From assembly GCA_051294905.1 (NCBI GenBank), contig CM119372.1:25856001-25920000 (forward strand): a stretch of 64,000 nucleotides of DNA, given 5' to 3'. This document shows, piece by piece, positions 63,574-64,000 of the stretch (positions are counted from its first letter, which is position 1; each line of letters begins with the position of its first letter). The notes beneath the pieces are model-generated. The model saw nothing but the letters and a program-made list of their open reading frames with translations, did not search any database and had not been told where the DNA came from. The position numbers and the translations under genes are program-made. This stretch comes from Botryllus schlosseri (Eukaryota).

Positions 63574-64000
63574 CAGTGTTGGGATGACTCGAGTAATGAC
63601 TTGACTCGAGTCAGACTCGAGCCAACCTTTTCATATGACTTGACTTGACTCGAGTCACTTTGCAAAAATTACTTGACTTGACTTGACTCGGCGCTTCAGA
63701 AATGTGGACTGACTCGTGACTCGGAACAAAATTTACGAGTCAATTTCAAGTCATCAAGTAAACGGTGTCGATTAAATCACCCTATATGCTAAATATGTTC
63801 TGATTGTTTGCGATAGCCGGTGTGACTTGTGAGAGCAACCAGTCATTCACTGACTGTACATTTCACTGATCCTCGATTGTTACATATCAAATAAATTGAC
63901 CGCGGACGAGACGATCACAGCTTATGTCGCCGTTGTAGATTAATCTAACAGCAATGTATCTTTGTTTCTAAGACGACTCAGTGATTAGATTACATCGAAC
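63574..64000 (+). mobile_element. hAT-like MITE (CAGTGTTGGGATGACTCGAGT), runs off window
   Basis: Colinear with 31646-32010. Confidence 0.8.

Overview
Eukaryotic (metazoan, probably invertebrate) genomic DNA, very rich in transposable elements; no prokaryotic features. The only host genes I can support are two tandem, same-strand tetraspanin paralogues with 5 coding exons each (15956-27897 and 52664-59181). Both encode 246 aa, have identical exon lengths and are about 63% identical by hand alignment. Most of the remaining sequence is TE-derived. (1) An apparently intact, spliced THAP + DDE (ISL2EU/Harbinger-type) transposase runs off the left edge. (2) A near full-length CR1/L2-group LINE carries a tRNA-derived SINE in its 3' tail, and the two share a tail motif; both lie inside a long-TIR element. 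(3) Two large palindromic elements lie in tetraspanin-1 introns (1069-bp arms; about 525-bp arms around a decayed hATm-like transposase). (4) A decayed Buster-type hAT element has been inflated to about 12 kb by 5-6 levels of nested insertions, including an EnSpm/CMC-like element. (5) Remnants of an RNase H-bearing non-LTR retrotransposon and a Chapaev3 transposon, plus many hAT MITEs with readable 8-bp TSDs. Family assignments come from recalled motifs, not database searches. I found no evidence for a wholly new gene system; the most notable signals are structural (LINE-SINE partner pair, foldbacks in pre-mRNA, nested and targeted TE insertions).
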